From Reclinomonas americana ATCC 50394 (Eukaryota): a stretch of DNA of 48,970 bases. The translations under genes were made by a program, and so were the position numbers. This document shows, one piece after another, positions 13,901-25,200 of the stretch. The notes beneath the pieces were generated by a model. That model was not told the DNA's origin. It saw only the letters and a list, made by a program, of their open reading frames with translations, and made no database searches. The DNA lies in contig PS015400.1 in NCBI GenBank assembly GCA_048213135.1, positions 62,001 through 110,970 on the forward strand. The letters run 5' to 3'. The first letter of the stretch is position 1. Every line of letters starts with the position of its first letter.

Positions 13901-14911
13901 GCCGGCATGCAGTATTAGCTCCGGTTTTTGCACGCAACTGTGGTCGATGCAAAACCATGCTGACGCCGACACTCCACACATTGTCCTCACATCCGAGGAA
14001 ATGGAGCACGGGCCCCCGACGAACACTGTTTGGCAATGGAATGCCAAACCACAGCATCGGCGCGCCCACTTGCAGGAGTGGCGAGTCATCCTACGACCGC
14101 AGCGGTTTTCATAAGCTGTCCGTCGATCGACTCGCCACGTGACTGGTGCACGATAACTCACCTCCGTCCCACGAGCGCTGAGCAGCTTCTTGGGAAAAGC
14201 ACCCTCCGGACAATCGATCCACCACCCCGTCTGCGACCTTGCCAGATTCCTGCAACGGCTCAGCAGATGAAATCTGCATGAACTGCACAAGATGGCAAAT
14301 CACATCACCCACTCACTTGATCTGGAACTTTTCCAGCTCCCACGCTCGATGGATATCGCGCTTCCTAAAGTACAAGCGCACTCCAGCGAGCTCGTCCTGC
14401 CCCAGGTCCTCGGTTTGCAGGCAGAAACGGTCGATGTTGCGTGGATGAAAGTTCGAACGATCCTTGCCGTACTGTTGAGTCGCGTGAGTGCCAAGGACAG
14501 AAACAGGTGGCGAAGAAAGAGAAAGAGAAGCCCGCGCCTGCAAGTGATTGTCGAGTACGATGGGTGGCAACTCTTGTCCGTTGGACTTGACTGCAACGAG
14601 CGCGGAAGAGGAGGGAGATGAGCATAGATCGAGAATCTCTGACAAGTGGCGCGCGCCGCACCGAGAACAATGGTGATGAGCTGCTCATCGTTCTTGCGAC
14701 TGCGCTCGCCCGTCCACATGAACAACTCATAGGTGGCATACGATGGCACGGGTGCCGCGTCGACAGACGCCTCGGCGGATATCGAATGCGCCGGAACTGC
14801 ACCACCCGCCGTCAGCGGATCCACCATCGGCATCAAGGCGACGGCATTCGGCACCGCCAGCTGTGGAGCCATCGCGGAAGGTGGCACGACGACGACTGCA
14901 CTGTCAGCCAT
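10999..14911 (-). CDS. PhoD-like (alkaline phosphatase D family) metallophosphatase with an N-terminal PLAT/LH2-like domain and a Cys-rich C-terminus ending in CaaX; multi-exon
   Basis: PhoD motifs after splicing: RGPVLHF, LFAS/CNG, PYHM/MHMGGDQIYAD, MWDDHDI/FDGWGSY, VDMRTERS, DDLRDQW, RVIFISGDPH, NQLVSS/GITAMPP, SRNY. PLAT-like N-terminus: YELFMWTG..ITIVL..NFHPRNIDRFCLQTEDLG..GVRL..AWELEKFQI. Ends ..KCLALCCICCTCHWGEAKHRCTML*. Confidence 0.85.
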
Positions 14912-15097
14912 CGTTGCGTGCGAGCACCCACTGAAAACGAAACATAAAAAGAAGAAAAATTCCGGCGGGCGATAATGGTTCTCTTGTCACGACGACCAGC
15001 AGCACACACTGAGCTCACACAAACATTCACACGATGCATTACAACACTTCAACCCAGTCACCAACAGGAATTAAAATAATGATCTACAGCCGCTCAT

Positions 15098-16179
15098 TTA
15101 GTAGCCGTACTCGTCTGCCCCGTCCGGATCGTCGTCGTCGTCATCGTACTGGCCGTCGCCCTCCTCACCGTCGTCTTCGTACGAATCGTACTCGCCGTCG
15201 CCATGATGCACCGACGAGAAGCCCTGTTGCACGGTGCGCATCTGCGCCAGTTCGTGCATGCGCTGCCGCCGCTTCTCCAGCATTTTCTGCGTGCACGCAT
15301 GTCATGAGCAAAAAGACATTTCATCGCAGTGACCCCACAGCGCGACAAACCAGCTCGGCTTCCCGCTGTGCAGCCTTTCTCAGTGACCGCTCCACGTCCT
15401 GACGTGCCTTGGACGCTCGTTGCTCTGCACGTGTGCGCGTTGAGTGGTGTGGCGTGCGAGGAGCCGTCACGTGACGAGTGCACACACAAACCATCGATAA
15501 TGAGCTTGCGCTGTAACCGGACAACATCCACCTCCGAGAACTCGGTCAGCGCTCGTGCGATGATCTCCGTCTTCAGCTGCACGCGGGTGGTGAGATCGGG
15601 AAGCACGCCAAGCCGACACTGGCGACACAAAACACATACACACGAACCTTTTGCTTCTTGACCTCGAGCGCACGCTGCCGTCTCTGCTCCTGCCGTTCCT
15701 TTACTCGATTCTCCTCGTCTAACCGCTCGTTCTCCGCCACCAGATCCACTGCGTACGCACAGCTAAGCACAAAAACGCACACTGGGAGGGAGAGAAAACA
15801 AACACGCAAGCAGCGAACCTGTGAATGGACTGCGCTCTGTTCTCCGCTTCCACGTCGCCTGCTGCGCGTTCTGCCGCTGCTTCTGCATGGTCTTCAGCCG
15901 TTCCTTCTCCTGCTCACGCTCCCGCTGAAGCCGTTGCCGCTCCGCCTCCCGCTCCTCCATAATCTTCTGACTCTCGCGATACATGCGCCGCGGGGTGATG
16001 GGCGCCGGTCCCCGATGCGGGTAGTGGTAGCCAGGCCCACTACCGCCACCACCTCCCTCAGCTCCACCACTGCCACCACCACCAGCAGCGGCTCGACTTG
16101 CCTCGCGACTATGTGTGTGTGCGTGTGTGAGAGAGAGCGAGTGACTGCGTTGATGACGCCACTCACGCAACGATGACAT
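15098..16179 (-). CDS. Uncharacterised Arg/Glu-rich coiled-coil protein with an acidic tail; multi-exon
   Basis: ATG TCA TC|gttgcgt..tag|T CGC GAG.. gives MSSREASRAAAGGGG..MEEREAERQRLQRERE..ERSPF../VDLVAENERLDEENRVKERQEQRRQRALEVKKQK/..LKTEIIARALTEFSEV../MLEKRRQRMHELA..DDDDDDPDGADEYGY*. Confidence 0.75.
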
Positions 16180-16481
16180 CCATCCACGCGACGGCTTCTG
16201 AGCAGGCGCCGGTCGTGTTCTACCCAGCAGCACCAGTGAGCTCTTTCTCTCTTGACACGCACTCAGATAACACAAAACGCATCCAACCTGGCTGAGCCGG
16301 GCCCTGTGTACAGTGATGTCTGCCGCGTGCGCTTGATAGCCTCCACGTGGTGCGAAGTCGGCACCTCCACTAGTGGCGAGAAGTGGAACAGACGCGGCTG
16401 TGTGGAGTTGAGAGAGTGTGAAATGAGCGTGGAGAGTGAGATTTAACGATCAACGCACAGTCTGTGTGTGTGTCGCTCCCC

Positions 16482-16542
16482 TGTGTGTGTGTGTGTGCGT
16501 GTGTGTGTGTGTGTGTGTGATAGAGAGAGAGAGAGAGAGAGA
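16482..16542. repeat. Compound (TG)n-(AG)n microsatellite
   Basis: Directly visible. Similar shorter CA/TG and GA/TC tracts occur in many introns (e.g. 19215-19260, 32659-32681, 43237-43290). Confidence 0.95.
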
Positions 16543-17091
16543 CGCAACATCAACACGATATGGAGCAGAGGCCGATGATCCTGCGCGAACACCGGGAAGG
16601 TCGAGAGCCGGCAACTTTGGCGAGTGCGTCGCCATTGCTCACTCTCTCAATGATGAAATCGAATGAAACCGACAGGACGGATTTGATCCCTCATTCTCTC
16701 TCCTTCTCTCCCTCTCCCACTCCCTCTTGGCATGTGTGTGTCTCTCAGTGTGTGCCGCGACTGCCACCAATGCATTGCATGGGCAGAGTTTAGTAGTGAG
16801 AATATTAAACTAGTGTTCGATTGAGATACCGAGTCCGCTGCCAGCACCGCCTGTCGCCACGCTTGAGCACACTCAACTGGCTGCAGGAGAACGCAAGGCG
16901 CGCGCAAGTGGCAAGGCGCGCGGGCATGAAAATTCCGGGCAAAATCCGTATCGTGTCCAGTAACATTTTTTGCATTCGCCGTCCCAGGTGAGCAGTGTGT
17001 CACCATTGTGTGTGTGTGTGTGTACATGTGCGTGAGTGTGCACGCCAGCACGCGCGTGAGAGAGTGGAAGAGAGGCAGAGGGAGAGAGAAG

Positions 17092-18018
17092 NNNNNNNNN
17101 NNNNNNNNNNNNNNNNNNNNNNNNNNNNNNNNNNNNNNNNNNNNNNNNNNNNNNNNNNNNNNNNNNNNNNNNNNNNNNNNNNNNNNNNNNNNNNNNNNNN
17201 NNNNNNNNNNNNNNNNNNNNNNNNNNNNNNNNNNNNNNNNNNNNNNNNNNNNNNNNNNNNNNNNNNNNNNNNNNNNNNNNNNNNNNNNNNNNNNNNNNNN
17301 NNNNNNNNNNNNNNNNNNNNNNNNNNNNNNNNNNNNNNNNNNNNNNNNNNNNNNNNNNNNNNNNNNNNNNNNNNNNNNNNNNNNNNNNNNNNNNNNNNNN
17401 NNNNNNNNNNNNNNNNNNNNNNNNNNNNNNNNNNNNNNNNNNNNNNNNNNNNNNNNNNNNNNNNNNNNNNNNNNNNNNNNNNNNNNNNNNNNNNNNNNNN
17501 NNNNNNNNNNNNNNNNNNNNNNNNNNNNNNNNNNNNNNNNNNNNNNNNNNNNNNNNNNNNNNNNNNNNNNNNNNNNNNNNNNNNNNNNNNNNNNNNNNNN
17601 NNNNNNNNNNNNNNNNNNNNNNNNNNNNNNNNNNNNNNNNNNNNNNNNNNNNNNNNNNNNNNNNNNNNNNNNNNNNNNNNNNNNNNNNNNNNNNNNNNNN
17701 NNNNNNNNNNNNNNNNNNNNNNNNNNNNNNNNNNNNNNNNNNNNNNNNNNNNNNNNNNNNNNNNNNNNNNNNNNNNNNNNNNNNNNNNNNNNNNNNNNNN
17801 NNNNNNNNNNNNNNNNNNNNNNNNNNNNNNNNNNNNNNNNNNNNNNNNNNNNNNNNNNNNNNNNNNNNNNNNNNNNNNNNNNNNNNNNNNNNNNNNNNNN
17901 NNNNNNNNNNNNNNNNNNNNNNNNNNNNNNNNNNNNNNNNNNNNNNNNNNNNNNNNNNNNNNNNNNNNNNNNNNNNNNNNNNNNNNNNNNNNNNNNNNNN
18001 NNNNNNNNNNNNNNNNNN
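17092..18018. other. Assembly gap (N run); further gaps at 18439-18844, 36007-36026, 36766-37081 and 45214-45347
   Basis: Runs of N. Confidence 1.
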
Positions 18019-18355
18019 GCTGCATGGAGGGCGCCTGAGCGTCGGCCGCCGGCGAGCCGGGACCAGCCGCCGCCGCAGCAGCAGAGGGACTGCCGACACC
18101 GCCGGCAGCCGCCGCCGCACGACGTGCAGTCAACGCGCTCTTCACGCCCTGTGCAAGGCGACGCAGAGCCTTGGGCGGGCGTCGTCCGTGTAGCGGGTTC
18201 GGAGCGGCGAGATCCAATGCACTGTCGAGATCTTCGTCATCATCATGACCACCACTTGCGGCTTCCTGCGCACGCAGGCTGGCTGCCGCTTGCGCTGCCA
18301 GTGCGCCTAACGCGCCGGGCAGGCGGAAGCGAACACCTTCGCCGCCGTCAGCCAT
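18019..18355 (-). CDS. Ala/Gly-rich N-terminal coding fragment (MADGGEGVRFRLPG...) on a small contig between gaps; probably the mis-oriented first coding exon of IP3R paralog 2
   Basis: ATG at 18355 is preceded by a pyrimidine-rich acceptor (ctcgcccacttgcag). The frame stays open into the gap, and IP3R-2 has no visible start codon. Confidence 0.55.
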
Positions 18356-18844
18356 GAGAGTGTAGCTGCAAGTGGGCGAGCGAGAGAGAGAGTGCGTGAG
18401 AGGCAATGTCTCATGTCCACAACTCTCGGAGAAACACTNNNNNNNNNNNNNNNNNNNNNNNNNNNNNNNNNNNNNNNNNNNNNNNNNNNNNNNNNNNNNN
18501 NNNNNNNNNNNNNNNNNNNNNNNNNNNNNNNNNNNNNNNNNNNNNNNNNNNNNNNNNNNNNNNNNNNNNNNNNNNNNNNNNNNNNNNNNNNNNNNNNNNN
18601 NNNNNNNNNNNNNNNNNNNNNNNNNNNNNNNNNNNNNNNNNNNNNNNNNNNNNNNNNNNNNNNNNNNNNNNNNNNNNNNNNNNNNNNNNNNNNNNNNNNN
18701 NNNNNNNNNNNNNNNNNNNNNNNNNNNNNNNNNNNNNNNNNNNNNNNNNNNNNNNNNNNNNNNNNNNNNNNNNNNNNNNNNNNNNNNNNNNNNNNNNNNN
18801 NNNNNNNNNNNNNNNNNNNNNNNNNNNNNNNNNNNNNNNNNNNN

Positions 18845-19212
18845 TGGTGCCTGCGCGTCCTCCGCCGCCTCCCGCCAAGATCTTCTTGCCGCGTGAGGAG
18901 AGCTTGCAGTATGGCGGTGCGTTATGCATCACGGCTCTTTTTCTTGTATTCATTTACCGATCTCTCCACTTGCAGACGTGATTTACTTGCACACGCAGCC
19001 GGCACGCCGTGCGGAGGGCAAGACTCGCAGTGGTGGCTATCTGTCGACTCATGGGTTGCGTCCGTCTTGCACAGTCGGTGTAATCGTCATCGCCGTCGTC
19101 GTTGGTGCTCATTATGTTGCGCGTAGAACTGGCGATCGGCGCATTGTGCTGTCGCGTGGATCGGAAAAGTCCCCGCCTGTCGACTTTCAAGGTACGAGTC
19201 GCCTCTCTCATC

Positions 19213-19251
<39 letters not shown>

Positions 19252-22200
19252 TCTTCTTCTTTCCCGTGCTTACATCTCTTTGGCCTGCAGATGCCATGTT
19301 CCGCGTCATGCCGCGACAGAGTCACTCGGCACGCTTGCGCTTCGAGAGCGAGTGCAAGAAGAGCCAGTTCTGGAACAAGAACAAGTACGCCGATGGCGAC
19401 TTTGTGGACGTGGCGCCCGACATGCTAGAGACGCTGGTGCGTGGAAAGATTGGCGACGAACTGCTGGCGCACCCGCCGGCCCGTGTTGGCGTCGAGCCCG
19501 AGCTGGCGCCCGAGCATATTCACGCGCAACCGGGTCACCTCTCGGACGCTCTCGCCTGCGTGCAAGTGTCCGCTGACGGCAAACTGGTGGTCACTGGCCT
19601 CTCGAACGGCACGTTTTGTGTTCACCGACTCGACCCGGCGAGCGAGAACGGAGTGGAGCCGTCGTTTGTGGCGCAAGACGACTTCAAGTTTCACGAGACG
19701 CCGCTGACGGTGGCGGCCTTTAGCGCGGACAAGAAGTCGATCATTACCGGTCTCGACAATGGCTTTGTCTTTGTGTGGGACGTGGCCACAGGCGCTGTTG
19801 AGCGGCGCCTGGAAGGCCCCACCAGCGGCCTGGACTGTGTCGGATTCTCACTGGATCGCAAGTTTGCGATTGCCGGTGGTCACGACACCAAGGTGTGCGT
19901 GTGGGACTTGACGGTCCACTCGCAATCGCAGCCGAAGCATTACATGGCTGGCCATACCGACTGGGTGCGCGCCGTGTGCATCTCTCCGGACAACACCCGG
20001 GCCTTCAGTGGCAGCGACGATCACCACGTTCGCATGTGGTCCATGGAGAACGGCCGCTGCCTCAAGATCTTCAGGAACCACAACGACTATGTGCGGTCTC
20101 TGACAATGACTCCCGACGGCCGCTACTTGGCATCCGCCGGCGACGACAACAAGATCTGCCTGTGGGAGGTCGACAAGCCGGACAAGCCGGAGCCGCGAAT
20201 CATCGCTGCCGAGGACTGCTCCTACATTATGAGTATGGCGGCAAATGGCACGCATGTTGCCATGGGCGACAACGGCGGTAAGGTGCGCTTGTACAGCCAC
20301 CTGGTCGGCGGTGATCAGTCGCCGGTGGCCGAGGAAGACGATGCGGTGCATTCGAGCTCCGTGTCTGCTGTTGCCTTCACTGTTGACGGCCGCATGGTCC
20401 TTGTCGGCCACGAGGATGGTTATCTCCGGGCTCTGTCCGTTGAGGGTCGGCGACTCGTGCAGCGGCTATCCGTGCAGCCCTCCGCAGCAGGTGTGCGCAG
20501 CATCAGCGCCATTGATCGAGATCACATTGTCGCGGTCTGGCAGGACGCGAATGTTCGAGCGGTATCACTGCAGACGTGTCAGCCAGTCGATGTCGCAACG
20601 CTTCCACCCAGCGTCTACGTCGTGCACAGCACGATGTACGATCACCTAGATTCGAATCGCTATCACCTGGCCTGCGTGTCCGCCGTGTTCTGCGCCACTC
20701 TTGCCGGCACCGAGTACAAGGTGGTGGCGGCCGATGACAGCACCATCAAGGTGTTTACGGACCAGCTGGTTGCCGAGCGTGCGTCCGTGCACAGTTCTCG
20801 CGTGTGCCGCATGCTCCCTGTACGCGTCGCTGGCAACACCTGCACCTTTGTTACCGGCAGCTACGACCGCGACCTGGTGTTGTGGTCGCTGACAGTGGCC
20901 GCCGACGGCAGTGTTTCCATCACCGAGGTACGTCGCATGTCTGGTCACACGGACTACATCCGGTCGGTGGCCCTCTCCCCCGACGGCCAATACGCCTTCA
21001 CGGCCTCCGACGACAACTCAGTGCGTGTGTGGAACCTCACCACTGGCGAGACCGTGTGCCGCCGTGGTGATTTTAGTGGTTGGGTGTTTTCTGTCGCGTG
21101 TTCCTCCAACAGCCGCTTCATTGTTGCCGGCGCGGACGGCAACCCAGCACGCCTCTGGCGCTGGCAAGAGCGACGTGGAATCGCGCCAGCGCGGCGTCCG
21201 CGCGGAGAAGGCGACGGAGAAGGCGACGGAGACGATGACGATGAGCCGTGGGATGGCATCACTGACAGCTCGCCGGAGACTGTTTTCGACTTCAACGGCG
21301 ATCCGGATGCTGGATGGATCGGTCGAGCCCGCGACATGGTGATTACCCCCGACTGCAACTACGTCATCAGCGGTCACGAGGACAACAACATTCGTGTGTG
21401 GTCTGTCGAGCGCTTGGAGGAGATCGCCGTCCTCCGCGGTCACGAGGGCACAGTTGTCAGCCTCATGCTGCTGGCGCCGCCGGCACCTGGTGTTCAAGTG
21501 CCGTACGACTTGCAGCTGCTGAGCTCTTCCGACGACCGCACTGTCCGCATGTGGAACGTGAGCTTGAGCTCGGTGGCGGACCCGCAGCATGTGTTTGGAC
21601 GGCGCTCGGTGGCCACCGGCGAGGTGGTGAAGGAATTCCGTGGTCATTACCAGTCGGTCAACACGTTTGCTCTGACGCGCGACGGGCAACACATTGTCAC
21701 CGGCAGTGACGATCGTTCCGTCCGTACCTGGGCGCTGGCCAACGCTCAAACGGTCGATGTTATCATGGGCACGAGTCACAGTGGTGCCGTTGCTGGCGTC
21801 GCCTTGTCCCGCGATGGGCGGTTCGTTTTTACGGCCGGCGCCGACAACACCGTGCGCAAGTGGGACATTGACACGCATGAACACTTGCATGTGTTCCTTG
21901 GTCACACCGACTCGGTGAACTGCGTTGTCTTGACGCAGGACGGTCGCTACATGATCAGTGGCGGCGACGACTGCGCTGTGCGTATCTGGTCGCTGGAGTC
22001 TCAGCAATGTGTTGCCGTGCTGGCGGATCGTCATTCGCGAGCGGTGATCTCGCTTGCGCTGTCTGCCGATGATCGGTATTTTGTGAGCGCAGGTCGCGAC
22101 ACTCAGACGATTGTGTGGGATCTCGAGGCCGCCGTGGCGAACGCTGACGGGTATCAACCCACCGTGTTGCCCATTTTCCACACCGACTGGGTTCGCTCAG

Positions 22201-25200
22201 CGTGCTTTGCGCCTGACGGCTCCTTTGCTGCCGGCTTCGACTTTGGCCACAATGACGAGCTGACTCTGGCATTCCGTGACGCCCTGTGCAGCGGCGACAG
22301 CGGTGCCGTGGTTGTCACTGGTTGCGACGATACCGTCGTTGTCGTGTGGTTCCGCCGACGTCCCGGAGACGAATACTGCAAGATGTACGAGCTCCGTGGC
22401 CACATCAACTACATTGCGTCGGTGTCGGTGACACCCAGTGGCTTTATCATCAGCAGCGCCTTTGACAGTTCTGTGCATGTGTGGTCGCTTGGAACGGGTG
22501 AATCGCTGCAGTCTCTGACTATCAAAGACAACAACGGCGAGGGTTCCATACCGAACGCCGTCACCCACCTCAGCTGGACATGTGCCGCTCAGTCGGTGAT
22601 TTCTGCTCGTTCGACTCACCGCTTGCACCACGGCGGAGGGCTTGGCAGGAACTTCCGCTACGGCTTGGCCGCCTGTGCTGACGGTCGCCTGCGCCTGTGG
22701 AACGTTGACAAGGTCGCAGACATGCTGCGGTGGCGAGCAGTCGTGCGACGCCGCAGTGCGTGGCCGGCAGTCAGCAGCTCATCGGCTTCGTCGTTGGCCG
22801 ACGGGGACAGCGGTGTTGACTTTGATGCGCTCTACGAGGAGACTGCGCAGGTCCTGGATGCACAAATGGTCGAAGAGTTTCGGCACTTGGTGCAGCTGCA
22901 GCGTGCTCGCTTGTCCGAGGATACCGAGAACAAGTCGGTGACGGAGCGTCTTGGAGGCTTTGTGGTCCGATTCGGTGACGCGGTGCAGTTCAAGCACGAG
23001 CGCTCGGGCATGTACCTGGCCGTGACTGCTGATCTCGCCTACACCGATCGCCGTGGTGCAGCAATGAAGGCCAGTGTCAGTGAGGACGCCGGGAATGCGT
23101 TCTACATCGAGTCTGCCACCAGCATTCGCGTGGAGGGCGATGCGGTACGTAGCACTTCGCATACTGCTACACTTGAAGGAGGGATATACTGACTCGCATT
23201 TGTTGTCCTTCCTCGCAGATCCGCATGGGTGACGGTATTCGTCTGTGCAGTACGCAGTACCAGTTGTACGTCCACCCCAGCGACCATTACTTCAAGGACA
23301 ACCGCAAGCACGAAATCATTGGCGCCAAGCATCACACTCGGTGGACAATCCACCAGTACACTGACTTCTCTTGCCCGCGAGATGTCCTCAAAGCCGGTGC
23401 GTTGCTTGTCGTCACTGAATGTTCCATGCCGTGTACGATTTTTTCGACTTACCACTCGAGTACAACGCAGGTGACGTGTTGTACTTGCATCACAAGCGGA
23501 CGAATGGCTTCCTCAGTGCGCACGACAACAGCGACTTGTCCATGCCGGCAGAGCAAGGTCAGTAGGTGTTGTCGTAATTTTTGTCCCGGCTCCACTGGAA
23601 GAGTCAATTGACGTCGCTTGCTGCGCAGGCCATTTGCGCGTGTCGCCGGCGGGTGAGCACATTAGCCGCGAGCAACTGTTCTCTGCGAGCAGCATGTGGG
23701 AGGTGGAAACGGAGTCTGTAACCACTGGTGCGTCTCGCTTGTACAACATGATTGGTTGATTTGATCGCTGACGTGTCGTTGCTCAGGTGGTCCTCTGCGC
23801 TGGAAGTCGTGCATCCGACTGAAGCATGTTGCAACTGGGCGGTATTTGACGCAGAAACGTCAGCATGGTGTGTACATTCAGAGTAATGAGCTCTTGCGCA
23901 CCTTTGTTGTTGCTTGCTGACATGCAAAATGGTGACGTGCGCGGCAGACGGAAGCCGTGTGCTGGCAACGTGTGACACGCGCCGTCCGAGCACTGTGTTT
24001 GTGGTGCTTCCGCTGCTGGAGGTATCGTTTGCGCCTCCGCTGTGTGTGCACGTTCTTGTGACACTGATGCATTGCGCGTGATTATCGTACAGAGCGAGGG
24101 ACTTATTCAAGTCGACGATCATTTCTTGTTGTTCCACAAGAAAACGCGGTCGCTGCTGCGTGCTGACCTCGGCAAAAAGGCCACAGAAAAGCATGACGGT
24201 CGCTCTCGCAAGCTTCCTCTCACTCTGTCGAGCAACGACGGAATCCCGCCGGATGAGGACGCGTTCTTGGCTCACGTCGCACCCCCCGACGATCTCGGCC
24301 GTCTCTACAAGGCGTGCTCACTGAAAGGAGCCTTTGTGCGCTTTGTCGAATCGGTACACTCGCAACGTTGCAGAATTGTCTCACCTTGTATCTCGTCTTA
24401 CTCACTGGCTTGTTTGTTTCATCGTAGGTTGGATCGCAAGACCTGAGTGTTGCTTGCGGTGTGCCCAAGTTCCTCAAGGCCGAGGACGCACTGAACGAGC
24501 TGGTGAGCATGTGCACGGAACAGGCGACGCGACAGCGAGATCGCTGGAACCAGCGTCTCTTGCGACAGCTTGACGTGCGTACGATCATGGCCGCTCGCAA
24601 TGCGTGTGTGCGAGCATCCCTTGCTGACTCAAGACGTTGTTGCCGTTGGCAGATTGTGCATGCAAGTTTCACCATTCTTCGCCGGCGGCTGCAACTGGAC
24701 GCCGAAATCTCACCCGAGAGCGAGTCCGATGAGGAAGACGACGAGGCCACGGCGTCCGTGGCTGGCGAGGGTGGACTGGACACCGAAGCTGATGCCGTCG
24801 GTGCCGGTGATGAGGAGTCCGACGAGGACTACGACGATGGATCAAGTGACGACGAAACGGAGGAGGAGGATCCCAGCAGCCGCGTGAAGCGTCTCGTGGT
24901 TCTGTGCTGCAAACTGTTGCGCGGCATTGTGACGGGTTCGACGACAGGCCAGGAAGAAGTCTTCTTCTCGCGACGCGGCTACTTGCAGATGCTAAAGGAC
25001 ATGCTAAAGGACGAAGATGATGATGTGGCTGACCAAGCGGCGTACGCTATTTCGGAGGTGTTCCGCGACAACTCGAAGCTGTTGCACAGTGAGGGCTGCC
25101 GGCGATTCATCAACGACATGGTGAATTTGTTGATTTATCGCAACTGGTCGAGTGGCTGGAAGATCATGGCGCGAATCTTCGACATTCTCCGCACGCTGTG

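Noticed and set aside
16180-16990. Short ORFs in the spacer (e.g. 16560-16793)
   Set aside because: No recognisable motif or consistent exon chain; the region is microsatellite-rich and probably promoter or UTR.
16873-19126. Long ORFs spanning N runs
   Set aside because: Artefacts of translating gaps.
18924-23192. 1422-aa ORF as a stand-alone WD40 protein
   Set aside because: Its ends are IP3R suppressor-domain sequence plus read-through introns (e.g. the CT-repeat intron 19192-19290); it is part of the channel gene.
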